46,321 bases of DNA, filler included, from Catajapyx aquilonaris (GCA_000934665.2; 2 parts of 2 records of this genome joined end to end with filler, not necessarily neighbours in it); one strand, 5' to 3'. Counted from the first letter of the whole stretch, positions 35,361-45,838 are shown. The notes: generated by a model not told the origin, from the sequence alone. A program made the numbers and translations.

Positions 35361-38300
35361 GTAAGGCGGTAGGCAGTTGGGTAGCACCTGATCAAGCACA
35401 CCCCTTTCCACTCTTTCTCCCAACAGTGGCCGTCACATCCATTCCCTCCAACGAGTCGGAGCTTCAGCTGTACCGGGTGCTGCAGAGGGCCAACCTGCTC
35501 TCATATTACGACACCCTCATCGAGCAAGGTGCGAAGCTGGGGACGTCGAGGGACGCGACCGTCCATCCATCCCGCCTACCATCATCTCCGTCCATTCCCG
35601 TCGTCTCGAGAGGCAAATCCAAAGTGGAGAAGGGCTCATTGGCAACCAATTCGGCAGTCTGATGGGATTTGGGATGGGGATGGGTGGTGGTGCGGGGGTT
35701 GGGGGGCCAAAAACCCTGCGTTTCCGGGACCATTCTTGTGCTGTTGGTATGTCACTAATGCGAATCTCTTCTCTTTTTCTTGTTTTGATTTGGCAGGTGG
35801 TGATGATGTCCAGCAGCTGTGTGAGGCTGGAGAAGAAGAGTTCCTCGAGATAATGGCGCTGGTGGGGATGGCATCCAAACCGCTCCACGTGCGCCGTCTC
35901 CAGAAGGCTCTTCAAGAATGGGTCTCCAATCCAGGTATGGCTTAAAGCAATTGTTTGGTAAATGCGTATGCGTGAAACAGGGAGGAGTGTCGTGTATCGA
36001 GCGCTTTTGTGAGTTGCCTGGACAACGGAGGTTCCCAAAGGACCTCCGAAAAGGCCAGGCAATCTAGATAAAACTCTTCAGATATGTGCTTTCCAGCCAT
36101 GTTCCAGACCCCGCTGGTGCCCAACCTTCCCACGGGAAGCTTTACCCTGGGGGTCAGGCCGTTGGCTCCGGCGCCGCCACCACCGCCTCCGCCGCCTCCG
36201 GGTTCCTCGTCGGGGGTGGTCGTATCGACAGCGGTCGGAACACCAAGCCACGCAGGAGCGATCCAGGGTCCTCCACTTCACACCTCCCCTGCCCGGCCCA
36301 GTCCGCCGGGGCCGCCCCTACTTGGGAATAGTCATCCGCATGGCCAGCCGCACGGTCATGGCCACGGCCACAGCCCCAGTCCCAGTCCGGGGGGTGGATC
36401 TGGGGGAGCGGGGGGGACCGGGGGCACAGGGACCAACCCCCAGTCCGCCCCGCTCCCCGCCAACAACGCCCCATCGCCTTGCCATTCGCAGGTGACCCTC
36501 GTAGTAAGTGGTCAATGAATGACCTGGAATGACCCGCTTTTGTTATTACAGAGTGGCAGCGACTACGCCAATCCAGGGTCCCCCCTTCAGCTCACTCCAG
36601 TGCTGGTCGAATCCCAAATCCAGAGACTGGCCGAGGCGGCAGAGCATATGGTCAAGACTCTGCCCCAGTTTGAGCCCAAGCCGCACAACGCTAAGAAGAA
36701 AATGTGCAAAGAGCTGGAGGTGAGTGAGGTAGGTGCAAAATCCGGTACTTGGGCCATCCCAGTCTGCATATCCGTACTGACCCCTTCTGGCTTCCATGGT
36801 CAGTTCGTCATGAACATGTCCGACGATGATCCCCGGCGAATGGAGGAGATTAGGAAATATGCTGCCATCTACGGACGATTCGACTGCAAGAGGAAGCCGG
36901 AGAAGCCGCTTACGTTACATGAGGTTGGTACTCTATATTTTAATTTTATTTCTGCAATTAAAACACCAACAAGTACTACTGTACGGTGGTGAGCAAAACG
37001 GTCAGGGGCTCCAATGAGTTCAATGGAAAGCCGATGATGTCTCTGCCTCTGACTTGCAACCATCAGCACTTGTCTCTGGAGATAGTTTGCATACATCATA
37101 CTATCCAGTGTCATTTAGTAATGCAGGTTATTGTCTTTATATACTATATGCTAAACTAACCTCGGCGGGACATACGCAATTTCACCGCGACTCCATCGTG
37201 AGAATCTCTGGGGAACACGAATAATTCAAACTGGTCAAAACAGGTTATGACGTGTTAAAAGCCCTGAAACTATTACCTATGCGTTGTAATTTGGTTTTTC
37301 TATTTCATTCATGGCTTTTTTCGTCGTGAGTTTTCCAGCCTTTAATGGTGTGTATCTACTCTTTGTTACCCTGCGGAATTGATTTTGTTTGTCTCAGGGG
37401 GGTTACGAAATTCTCGAAAACACCGGATATATGCCCACCTTCTACGCTCAATCTTGGTAAAGCATGGTACACATGCCGGTAATTCGAGCTATTGGTCAAA
37501 AATACTATACCATTTTGTGAACCGCATTTCTTGAGGAAGTGTGTCTATTTTATTCACATTTTCTGCACCACATTCAGGTCAATTCACGTTGATCAAACCT
37601 CCTCCTTCCAAGTCATAATATATTATAATAAACTGGGAAAGAGGAAAATTGCGGAGACCAGATGAGAGCAGCTAGAAATAACCTATTTTTCGATGTGTTT
37701 TTTCCTGGTGGGTTGCTTCAGGAATAAACAATGACCTGTAGCATTTGAGACACATGTAAACCGTAAGGAGGGCAAGGATTGCTTTTTTAAGAGTTATAAA
37801 TTACCAATATAAGATAGGCGCTGTGGCTTCGAGTCAAAAAAATAGTTGCGCTCATGTTAAAAGCTATAGGGCAATTAAAAATAGATTGCAGAAGGATTTG
37901 TCCTTAACAATATAAAAATTGCGATTTTCTGTCAATATACAGGGTGTCTCAACTTTTTCCACATCTCTCAACTGTTGAGGGATGTGCCAGGAATGTTGGG
38001 GCATATTCCGGATACATATAGCTAGAAGATACATATAGGCTTTTCCGATAACTGTTCGGACAAAAAGTTGAGACACCCTCTATATATTTTGTCTCGATAC
38101 AGTATATGGCAAACATGCGGCTCTGTTGGCTTTAACTGCCAATTACACCATTCATTACCTTGGCGGTCTTTTCGAACCTATATTACCCACTAAAACCTGG
38201 AAGCCAGGTTTGCGGTCCATCTAGATATTTCTTTGTAACAAGAATAATACTGTAAAGCAGCTCATTTCCTAATTGGCTGTTAGAGACCCTTAAGCCGAGA

Positions 38301-40480
38301 TGTTTTTTTTTTTCATTTTTGCAATCTGTTGAGATGTCGGAAGTGGACTTGGCAGATGTAGCTGAAGCATCGATATTCCTCCTCCAGTAGTTACAGTACC
38401 TTTTCACATTTTTCCAGACTATATTCATGGTGTACTGAATTTGGGTCGAGGAAATAAACTACCACTTGAGACGGGTCGAGTTTATTTGGGATAGCTAATC
38501 ATACGCTTGTACAGTATATCAGCCACTACTTTTATATGAAAAGTTCGTCTGGGGGAATAACGAGGATATTGACAGTCATTGAGTAATCAAATCTAGACTC
38601 CCTACATCATGTCATTGAATGAAGTATAATGATAATCATTAGTGGGGCGCCAGGTATATATCAAAGCTCCGGATTAGATTGCTGCGGGCTCAGAAGTAAT
38701 TGGAAGTATTAACTGTAGCGTATTGTGCAGTTCTCAGAACTGTCATTACAGACTCTGGACCTCGAGAGGTGCTCATCAAAAGATAGCAAATACATGGAAC
38801 GAAGCTTTGGCCAATAACTGTCAAACACCCTAATGCTTTGACCTGAATTTGACCTTAATCTGCAGGTCTCAGTGAACGAAGCAGCAGCCCAGATCTGCAA
38901 GCACGTTCCTGCCCTTTTGACCCGCCGGGATGAACTATTCCCTTTGGCCCGTCAAGTGGTGCGGGACTCGGGCTATCAATACTCCAAGGGTCATTCCAGG
39001 TGAGTTACCATTGCCATTCTTGTTTTCAAGTGGTTTCAGAGTGTATGACCAAGTCTTTTTCCTCCAGTCTGCCAGTCTGCTTCAGAGTGGGCGGCCCCAG
39101 TGGTGGTAGTGGACGTGGCAGTGGCAGCGGTGGAGAGGATGGAACCCCGACTATAGGTGCCAAGAGACTACGACTTGATGCTTCTGATGGCCACAGAGAG
39201 GCCCTTCGCATCAAGCGACAAGTAAACCGATCACTTCTTTAGATTTTGGAGAGAGAAAAATTCTCCCCATCTTTTGGTTCCGGCTTGGAGACGAGACATT
39301 GGTGACAGTCCTGGCAAAGAAATGAACAGTCGCATCACACGGCTCCTAATATAGAGATAATGCCAGGAATGTTCACATAATATCCTGTCTCCACGCCTGG
39401 AAAAATCAGCAAATTTTCCTGATTCCCAAGTCGGAACAGTGTAGATACAGCCGATACAGGCAAAATCGACATAGTCTTGAACTGGTCTCTTGGATAGGAG
39501 CGGATGGAGCAAATCACTGAGGAACTGCGCCAGCTTGTTGAAAGGTATGAAGAACTGCGTGGAGCCTCGACTCAAATGCAGGATTATTCGGCATTGCATG
39601 GGCTGCAAGAGCAGATGCAGACGGTGCAGAGTAAGCAAACGGCGCTGTTGATGGAGCAGAGCGAGCTGATGAAACAACACCACAGGAGCAACAGGTGAGA
39701 TAATGTAGTCCTGGAGGAGAAGTGGGTAATAAATTAAACTGTCACTTTTCAGCAGGTGGAAACGAAGCGGAAGGGCATCGTCGTGTTCCGATCCCGACCG
39801 AAACGACACCGACGACACGGACTCACAATTTTCATTGAGCAACAGCAGTTCCCCGTCGCAAGACGTGGGCGACTCGCGGGAGGGTCAAGACTCTCCCAGG
39901 GATAACAATGATTCCACTCCTACCTGCAATTCTTTGCTGGGGAATGGCTCGACTCGAAGTCCTAACAAACTGCCCAAGCAACTGTTCCAAGAGGCCCTGA
40001 TGGACGAAGGTCTTCGAGTGGTGAAGGAGATGGTAGCCAGCCAGGATCACACGTCACCGGATCCGTATGATCCCTTTTTCCAAGAGAAACTCCAGGTTAG
40101 TGTATGGTTCCGGTAACTGTTTTCATGTGGGTGGGGACAAGGCTCGTTGCTCGCAGAGTGCCAGTAGTGTCATGTGTGTTGGAATGGATGTAATGATGGA
40201 GCTTACATGTCGTTTGTAGGTGATTGCATCGAGTGGTGGCAACATCATTGCTGTGGCCAATCCAGCTCTGTCCATGTCCACAGCTCTCCACACTACCACC
40301 ACCACCACCCCCAGTGGCGGTAACAGCATCCACGACAAAGGGGAGAGTCCATCGACGTTGGGATCCTTGCTACGAGAGCCCCACGCCCCTTCCGCTGCCC
40401 TGAGCCCACCGGCCCTTGAAACTGCTCCCGCCCCACTCATCAAAGAGGAATTTCCTTCGCCTTCGGGCAAGGCTGAATGA
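35324..40480 (+). CDS. nab: NGFI-A-binding protein (NAB1/NAB2/Drosophila nab family) transcriptional corepressor, spliced CDS: join(35324-35360 tentative, 35427-35528, 35797-35934, 36097-36491, 36552-36719, 36804-36923, 38866-38999, 39068-39221, 39498-39694, 39756-40095, 40220-40480)
   Basis: NCD1: [68 protein letters not shown]2: [36 protein letters not shown]...[22 protein letters not shown]-terminal LMDEGLR motif. All junctions are GT-AG with compatible phases; exon lengths sum to 2046 nt (681 aa + stop). Confidence 0.95.
35427..35528 (+). CDS. nab: NAB exon, NCD1 first half
   Basis: Acceptor ctctttctcccaacag|; encodes (V)[33 protein letters not shown]; donor G|GTGCGA. Confidence 0.93.
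35797..35934 (+). CDS. nab: NAB exon, NCD1 second half
   Basis: Acceptor gatttggcag|; [46 protein letters not shown]; donor G|GTATGG. Confidence 0.96.
36097..36491 (+). CDS. nab: NAB exon, Pro/Gly/His-rich linker
   Basis: Acceptor gctttccag|; AMFQTPLVP...PPPPPPPP...SPCHSQ; donor CAG|GTGACC (alternative in-frame donor after 36503). Confidence 0.88.
36552..36719 (+). CDS. nab: NAB exon, start of NCD2 region
   Basis: Acceptor ttattacag|; [56 protein letters not shown]; donor GAG|GTGAGT. Confidence 0.92.
36804..36923 (+). CDS. nab: NAB exon, NCD2 core
   Basis: Acceptor ggtcag|; [40 protein letters not shown]; donor GAG|GTTGGT. Confidence 0.94.
37940..38080. mobile_element. Tc1/mariner-type MITE in the largest internal NAB intron
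   Basis: TA|CAGGGTGTCTCAACTTTTT ... AAAAAGTTGAGACACCCTC|TA; shares TTTTCCGATAACTGTTCGGACAAAAA with 17030-17195. Confidence 0.8.
38866..38999 (+). CDS. nab: NAB exon, end of NCD2 (not in the ORF track)
   Basis: Acceptor aatctgcag|; hand translation gives [44 protein letters not shown]; donor AG|GTGAGT. Confidence 0.95.
39068..39221 (+). CDS. nab: NAB exon, Gly/Ser linker with basic NLS-like AKRLRL
   Basis: Acceptor ttttcctccag| (alternative in-frame acceptor ttcag| before 39086); ...[44 protein letters not shown]; donor CAA|GTAAAC. Confidence 0.82.
39498..39694 (+). CDS. nab: NAB exon, predicted coiled coil
   Basis: Acceptor ggatag|; [22 protein letters not shown]...[30 protein letters not shown]; donor AG|GTGAGA. 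Confidence 0.88.
39756..40095 (+). CDS. nab: NAB exon with conserved LMDEGLR motif
   Basis: NAGNAG acceptor ttttcagcag|; [34 protein letters not shown]...[19 protein letters not shown]...QEKLQ; donor CAG|GTTAGT. Confidence 0.9.
40220..40480 (+). CDS. nab: NAB terminal coding exon
   Basis: Acceptor gtttgtag|; [18 protein letters not shown]...[15 protein letters not shown]; phase 0 matches the previous donor. Confidence 0.85.
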   Translation: MIASSGGNIIAVANPALSMSTALHTTTTTTPSGGNSIHDKGESPSTLGSLLREPHAPSAALSPPALETAPAPLIKEEFPSPSGKAE

Positions 40481-40527
40481 ATGAATGAATGAATGAGGCG
40501 CTGTGCCAAAGCGGAGCCTTTGTACCT

Positions 40528-40844
40528 TGTGATAGGTAGGTAGGTAGTTGCGTCGAGTTTCCAGATACGACGTGGAATAAGGAGTGTGGGGGGCGAGCAG
40601 GAGGGAGAGGTTGGCCACTTCGCATTGTTAATTTTATTATTTATGTTATATTGCTGTGTGGCTCTGACTTTCCTTGCTGCTGGCTAAGGAAGGACATGCT
40701 GGGGTAGGGGGGTGGGAAAGCTCAGCTCTGCAACGTTGACTGTGATATTCTCTTGGAGCGTACGCAGGTGGGAATGTGGGGGCGAAGGAGGAGGCATGCG
40801 TGGCCTTTTCTTGCCTCGCAACTGATGCAGTTTCTCATGTGATA
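40528..40844 (+). promoter_or_regulatory. Cluster of three K-box (miR-2 family seed-match) sites in the proximal NAB 3'UTR
   Basis: TGTGATA at 40528-40534 and 40838-40844; CTGTGATA at 40740-40747. Confidence 0.6.
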
Positions 40845-43019
40845 TGATTGTCTATTCCTTGACCTTGTTGAGAAGGATAGTTCCAGAGAGGCATCAGAAG
40901 TGACCTTTCCTAGGCGGGCATCAGATTGCAAACAAGTGAGACAGGAAGTAATGATTGAGTAGAAGCGAGTCCATTATTCCTATCCTGCGACAGGTGGAGA
41001 AGCAGCCCGGTTTCCCTCTTCTCCTCCAACCACCTTCTTTCCTTACAATCCAGAGGCGCTTGCCTCCCATTCATCCATCCATCCATCTACCCTCCTACCC
41101 ACCCATCCACAGCCTACGCCACCCGTTCCATGTGCCTACCTTCAAGTTGAACCACCATCTGTGCGGTTGGCCTCTACAGACTTTTGCTCAGTGGTACAGA
41201 TGGTGGGAGAAAAAGTTATTGATAGCCTAGTTTGCGTACTGTATTTTCAACTGTAGGTTAGAAGTGATGAGTAGGTGGCTGAAGCCTACTACATAGGCAT
41301 GGGAAGGTCTGTGGGGTCGAGTACCGCCAGTGGCTGCCAGATTACAGAGCTATGATTGTTGACTTGCATGTTTCACTGCGTACACTCCTACAGACTTTGA
41401 CTTGGACCTGATTGAGATGGTACCTGAACTCCCGAGTGGTTATGAGAAGGGACGTGCAGTCTAGTTGACTAGGCCCTTCTCAAACCATTCCGGATCCTGA
41501 AAGGCGAGGAACTAGATTAGTATTGCATCCCGCCAAGATACGTGTTACTAGGTCGGTCTTAGATTGGGAGCTAAAGATGCACGACAACAACACAAGGTAG
41601 AAAGATGAGAGACAAGTATGTATCCCCCACCTTCCCAGTTGGCCCCCGTCCTGACCTCCGAACACGGCGTGGCTGCTGCCGGCAGAGGCTGTAGCCCCCC
41701 TGGCCCTGATGGAAGTCATCTCCTCATCCGTCCTGTGGTTCTGCAGCATATCCACTACTACTACTACCACCACCAGTCGCCGCCACCCAGCGATCAGAAG
41801 AACTGTTTCCCCTTTTTCGTCAGCCTCACCACCAACAATGCTCACACCTCCCCTCCCCAAACACAAAACCCTAGTGGGAATATTTTTGTAACCTTGGACC
41901 CAAGGCATTTCTGACTGCAGCAGCTACGCCCCCTTTTGACGTTGTTGTTGTTGTTCTTGTTGTCACTGCTGCTGAGTGCGTGCAATGGAGAGTGTTATGG
42001 ACGAGCCAGACAAGTCGCAGTTACAGTATGTAGGTAGCTTTTCCAGGCTAATGATTTTGCTCAAATCTATTCTCAATGTACAAGGTAGCCTGACCCATTT
42101 GGCCGGGGTTAGAGACTGGAAGCGCACTCGGTTTTGCTGGGAAAACATACATACATGTTCCCGCGCTCTTCTGGCTGGAAAATGTGTTCATGCTCTCACT
42201 GCCTGCGACAGAATGGTACGTCCACAGCTTGTATATGGTGCACTCTCCATTGCACGACCTGCACACTTCACACGCCCAGATGCGTCCACACAAGTTACTG
42301 TAACACACAAGGTGTCTCAGCCAAAAGATAGTAGGAGTCATGTGGATCCCACAAGGACAGACGTACACACATACACACAACAACTACACTGACACTCTCA
42401 CCGTGACTATTTGTTGGAGTCCCCTGGTATCGTTGTGTTTTTGTTCACCGTGTTGACATGAAGCAATCATTTTGTCGATTCATGTAACTTATAGCAGTGT
42501 AACCGTTACAAATACTGGCGCATTCACGATGACAGCAGCATTGTGTCATGTCCCGTCACCGCGACTGTTTATTATTATTATTATTTGCAAGTGTACCCAC
42601 GTTCTGGGCAGAAGTGTTTGCACGTGCCATTTTTCAGTATTCCTATCCAACCCCCCAGAGTTTATTTTTGTTGTTGAGGAAAGGCGTACTGGTTTGGAAT
42701 GCGGAAACGATTGATTGAATGACGACGCAAAACGTTCCTTTATAATTATGTTGTCCAGAGGCAATTCTTCTGCATCCCCAACCTGGTGCATTTCACATCC
42801 AGTCTATGACTGAAGCCCCTCTTTGGTGTCTATACATTAGAGGCTCCCTACGTGTATTCAGTATCACCTGCCTGCACTACTCGGTATCATCATATTCAGT
42901 TCTGCGCTGTAGGATGATTAAATGTCTTATGTTCTTGACTGTATCTGGAGAGAAGTGGCCAAGTGAACCACCACATTGTTCTTTTATTGTGTGTACAAAA
43001 AGGGAGGAGAGAGAAAAAT

Positions 43020-43025
43020 AATAAA
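43020..43025 (+). terminator. Candidate polyadenylation signal for NAB (would imply a ~2.5-kb 3'UTR)
   Basis: First canonical AATAAA I found downstream of the stop codon; no transcript evidence. Confidence 0.3.
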
Positions 43026-43792
43026 GGATGCCCTGTTCAGACCAATGTTTCCTGACTCCTTGGACAAGTCTTTGCTGTTCCAGTTGTAGATATACACTTG
43101 GCAAACGCCTTCAGCACGAACCGTCATTGGCAGTGCAAAACAATGGCTGTCTCATTGTTTCTTCAGTTATGACATAACGTTCAACGTGCCAGGTAAGAAA
43201 ACACTGTTTTTTGTCATCTGTATTGTATAACTAGAGCTTTCTCGCTGAGCAATGAAAGTGACCTGAAGCTAGAGCATGCTTTATTTTATTCTCAACAGTC
43301 ACGTTGTCAAATAACTTACGCAATCTTTCAATTAGCCTTGACTTCCATCATTAGTGGGCAGCCTTTCTCCTGCGAAGTAGAAATTACGGCGCGCAAGAGA
43401 GGCTCTAGGGTTGCGGTGTGGCTAGGATGACAGGACCTTCAATCTTCTTCATTGCGGGTAGCATCTCAATGTCGGAGTCATACCCCGGGGCTTGTTCATT
43501 TTTGTGCAACCATGTGGTGCTGGGTCTATACAAACAATACATACAGGGTGTTCCAAGCATGCGGCACTTCAGTTCAACCACGTATATGCATTAGCATACC
43601 GAATATCAGTAGGCCTACTGTACCACATTATTTTACTTAACACACAAATAAGGCTAAAAATGTAATTTAAATCAAACATTTTATGGTGATTGTTGAATGG
43701 TCTAAATTCCTGTAGAAAATATGCAAGGATATATTATGAGAATTTATTTGACACCACACATTTTGTGGCGCCCTTTCTTTACAATAAGTACA

Positions 43793-43856
<64 letters not shown>
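43793..43856. repeat. Compound microsatellite (TG)12(AG)20
   Basis: Direct reading; lies within the left arm of the foldback element. Confidence 0.97.
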
Positions 43857-43859
<3 letters not shown>

Positions 43860-43862
43860 CGA

Positions 43863-43930
43863 GGTAGCGCAGTAGTCTAATGGTTAAGACGCTATCTTCG
43901 TAACCTGATGGTTGAAGGATCGAATCCTGA
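43863..43930 (+). pseudogene. tRNA-like module 1 (left arm; mirror copy at ~45260-45327, minus strand)
   Basis: A box TAGTCTAATGG (43873-43883), B box GGATCGAATCC (43917-43927); acceptor and anticodon stems do not pair. Confidence 0.6.
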
Positions 43931-45052
43931 GAAAAAAACAGGTCGTTTCTTTTTATCGCTATAATTATGGACCTTTCTCGCTGTTACTTTATCTCTCATT
44001 TCACATTTATTTCGCTTTGAAGTGCATCTGGTAAATAGGCTAGACCCTTCCAACACCCATAATTTCGTTACCACAGAGCGTGGCACTATGGTAACGCATC
44101 AGACTCTCAATCGGGAGATGCGGGTTGAAATCCCGAATGTCCACGGTTGAGAGTCAGAAAAAAAAAAATTTGCAGCCGACATCTCTGGCCAAGATGGCGG
44201 CTGTTTCTTCGCAGTTTCCCAAACACTTCTTCAGAGGTGTGAGAGGAGCAGCGAAGAGGGGGGGGGGAGGAGATGGGGAGGAAAGGAGGGAGGGGAGAAA
44301 TTTTTTTTGGAAATTTTTAAGACACCTGCTTAATGGGAGGCGGGCGGTCACTTTTTTCGAAGAAAAAAGTCAAAGATATAAAAAGTCAATTAAATGATCA
44401 AGTGGCTTCGCTTGTGTTGTCCATCCCGGCAGCCCCCACCCTACGCACCCCATAGTCCATACATTTGTCTTATACCAGGGAGTTCCATTCTCAAACCTAT
44501 CACCCCACCAAATATTTAAGCCAACAATTTAACTATAGGTCCAATAAAATCACTAGCACATGCAAATGATTCGGCACAATTTTTAGGGCATTTTCAATGG
44601 TTTGTTGCAGGCTGACCTTTGACCTGAAAGGCCCTAGAATTAGGTTTTTGGTCTGGGCCAGGCCCTAACTCGGTCTCCATCTGTCGGATCTTTCGTAATG
44701 AGACTGTACAGAGCACAGTACATAAATATACAGTATATCTCTCGATGTGAACAAGTATGCCCCTAGCCAAATGTAGCAGTCCCAGTTGGCTGGTGTCAAT
44801 ATGAATTTGACGTATAGGCGAGTGGTCACCTCCTTGGGGTCATCAGGACGGACATTCGGCATCACTGTTTCGTGGCATTGCTCTATGGATTAATAAAATA
44901 AGAAGTCCCCACCCGCTCCCCCTCCACCCCTCCCCCCCCCTCTTCGCTGCTCCTCTGACACCTCTGAAGAAGTGTTTGGGAAACTGCGAAGGAACAGTCG
45001 CCATCTTGGCCAGAGATGTCGGCTGCAAAAAAAATAATTTCTGACTCTCAAC

Positions 45053-45123
45053 CATGGAGATCCGGGATTCGAACCGACCTCTCCCGATTGAGAGTCTGAT
45101 GCGTTACCACACAGCCACGCTCT
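45053..45123 (-). pseudogene. tRNA-like module 2, CTC (Glu-like) loop (right arm; mirror copy at ~44076-44146, plus strand)
   Basis: Minus strand TGGCTGTGTGG A box, loop CT-CTC-AA, perfect B box GGTTCGAATCC (45065-45075), followed by a T7 run; stems imperfect. Confidence 0.6.
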
Positions 45124-45670
45124 GTGGTAACGAAAGTACGGGTGGAAAGAAGGTCTAGCCTATTTACCAGATGCACTTCAAAGAGAAATAAACGTGAAAT
45201 GAGAGATGAAGTAACAGCGAGAAAGGTCCATGGCGATAAAAAGAAATGCCCTGTTTTTTTCAGGATTCGATCCTTCAACCTTCAGGTTACGAAGATAGAG
45301 TCTTAACCACTAGACTACTGCGCTACCTCGATACTCACGCTCTCTCTCACATGTACTTATTGTAAAGAAAGGGCGCCACAAAATGTGTGGTGTCAAATAA
45401 ATTCTCATAATATATCCTTGTATATTTTCTACAGGAATTTATACCATTCAACAATCACCCTAAAATGTTTGATTTAGATTGCATTTTTAGCCTTATTTGT
45501 GTGTTAAGTAAAATAATGTGGTAATTTGTGTGTTTCAGTTATATTGAGTAAAAAAGGCATATTCATTATACAGTGTGTTATCAGAAACCACAAATTCACA
45601 AATTATTCTGTCTGCAGTACACCACCACCATCATCACAAGATGTTACTCTCGAACTGACACTTCAAGGGG

Positions 45671-45838
45671 CACTCTCTCAAAAGCAACGTGTATCCATGG
45701 TACACAGCGTTGCGATTTTTTAAACATATTCTAATTTTGTACTGCATTATGTACTTTAGTTAGTACAATGCAGTACACAATTTGCATGTTTTTAGCACAA
45801 CGCTGTGTACCATGCATATACACAATGTTTTTAGAGCG
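45671..45838. mobile_element. Degenerate CACTCT-ended MITE
   Basis: Perfect 17-bp inverted core CATGGTACACAGCGTTG (45696-45712) / CAACGCTGTGTACCATG (45798-45814), with degenerate outer TIR. Confidence 0.6.

Larger units (their letters stand above)
43621..45523. mobile_element. Foldback-type element with ~600-660-bp inverted arms (43621-~44280 and ~44920-45523), each containing two tRNA-like modules
   Basis: Arms are reverse complements with scattered substitutions; both outer ends read TA-CCACATTATTTTACTTAAC; ~640-bp non-coding spacer. Confidence 0.85.

Noticed and set aside
34709..36515. Long minus-strand ORFs (34709-35329, 35517-36062, 36154-36474; also 39231-39842)
   Set aside because: Mostly antisense shadows of GC-rich NAB exons or flanking sequence, with no recognisable domain.
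43892..45306. Paired similar ORFs on opposite strands (LQPTSLAKMA..., SSLFTRCTSKRNK...)
   Set aside because: The similarity simply reflects the inverted arms; frames are not preserved between arms.
43863..45327. Functional tRNA genes in the foldback arms
   Set aside because: A/B boxes are present, but acceptor and anticodon stems pair poorly and the mirror copies have diverged; treated as tRNA-derived relics.
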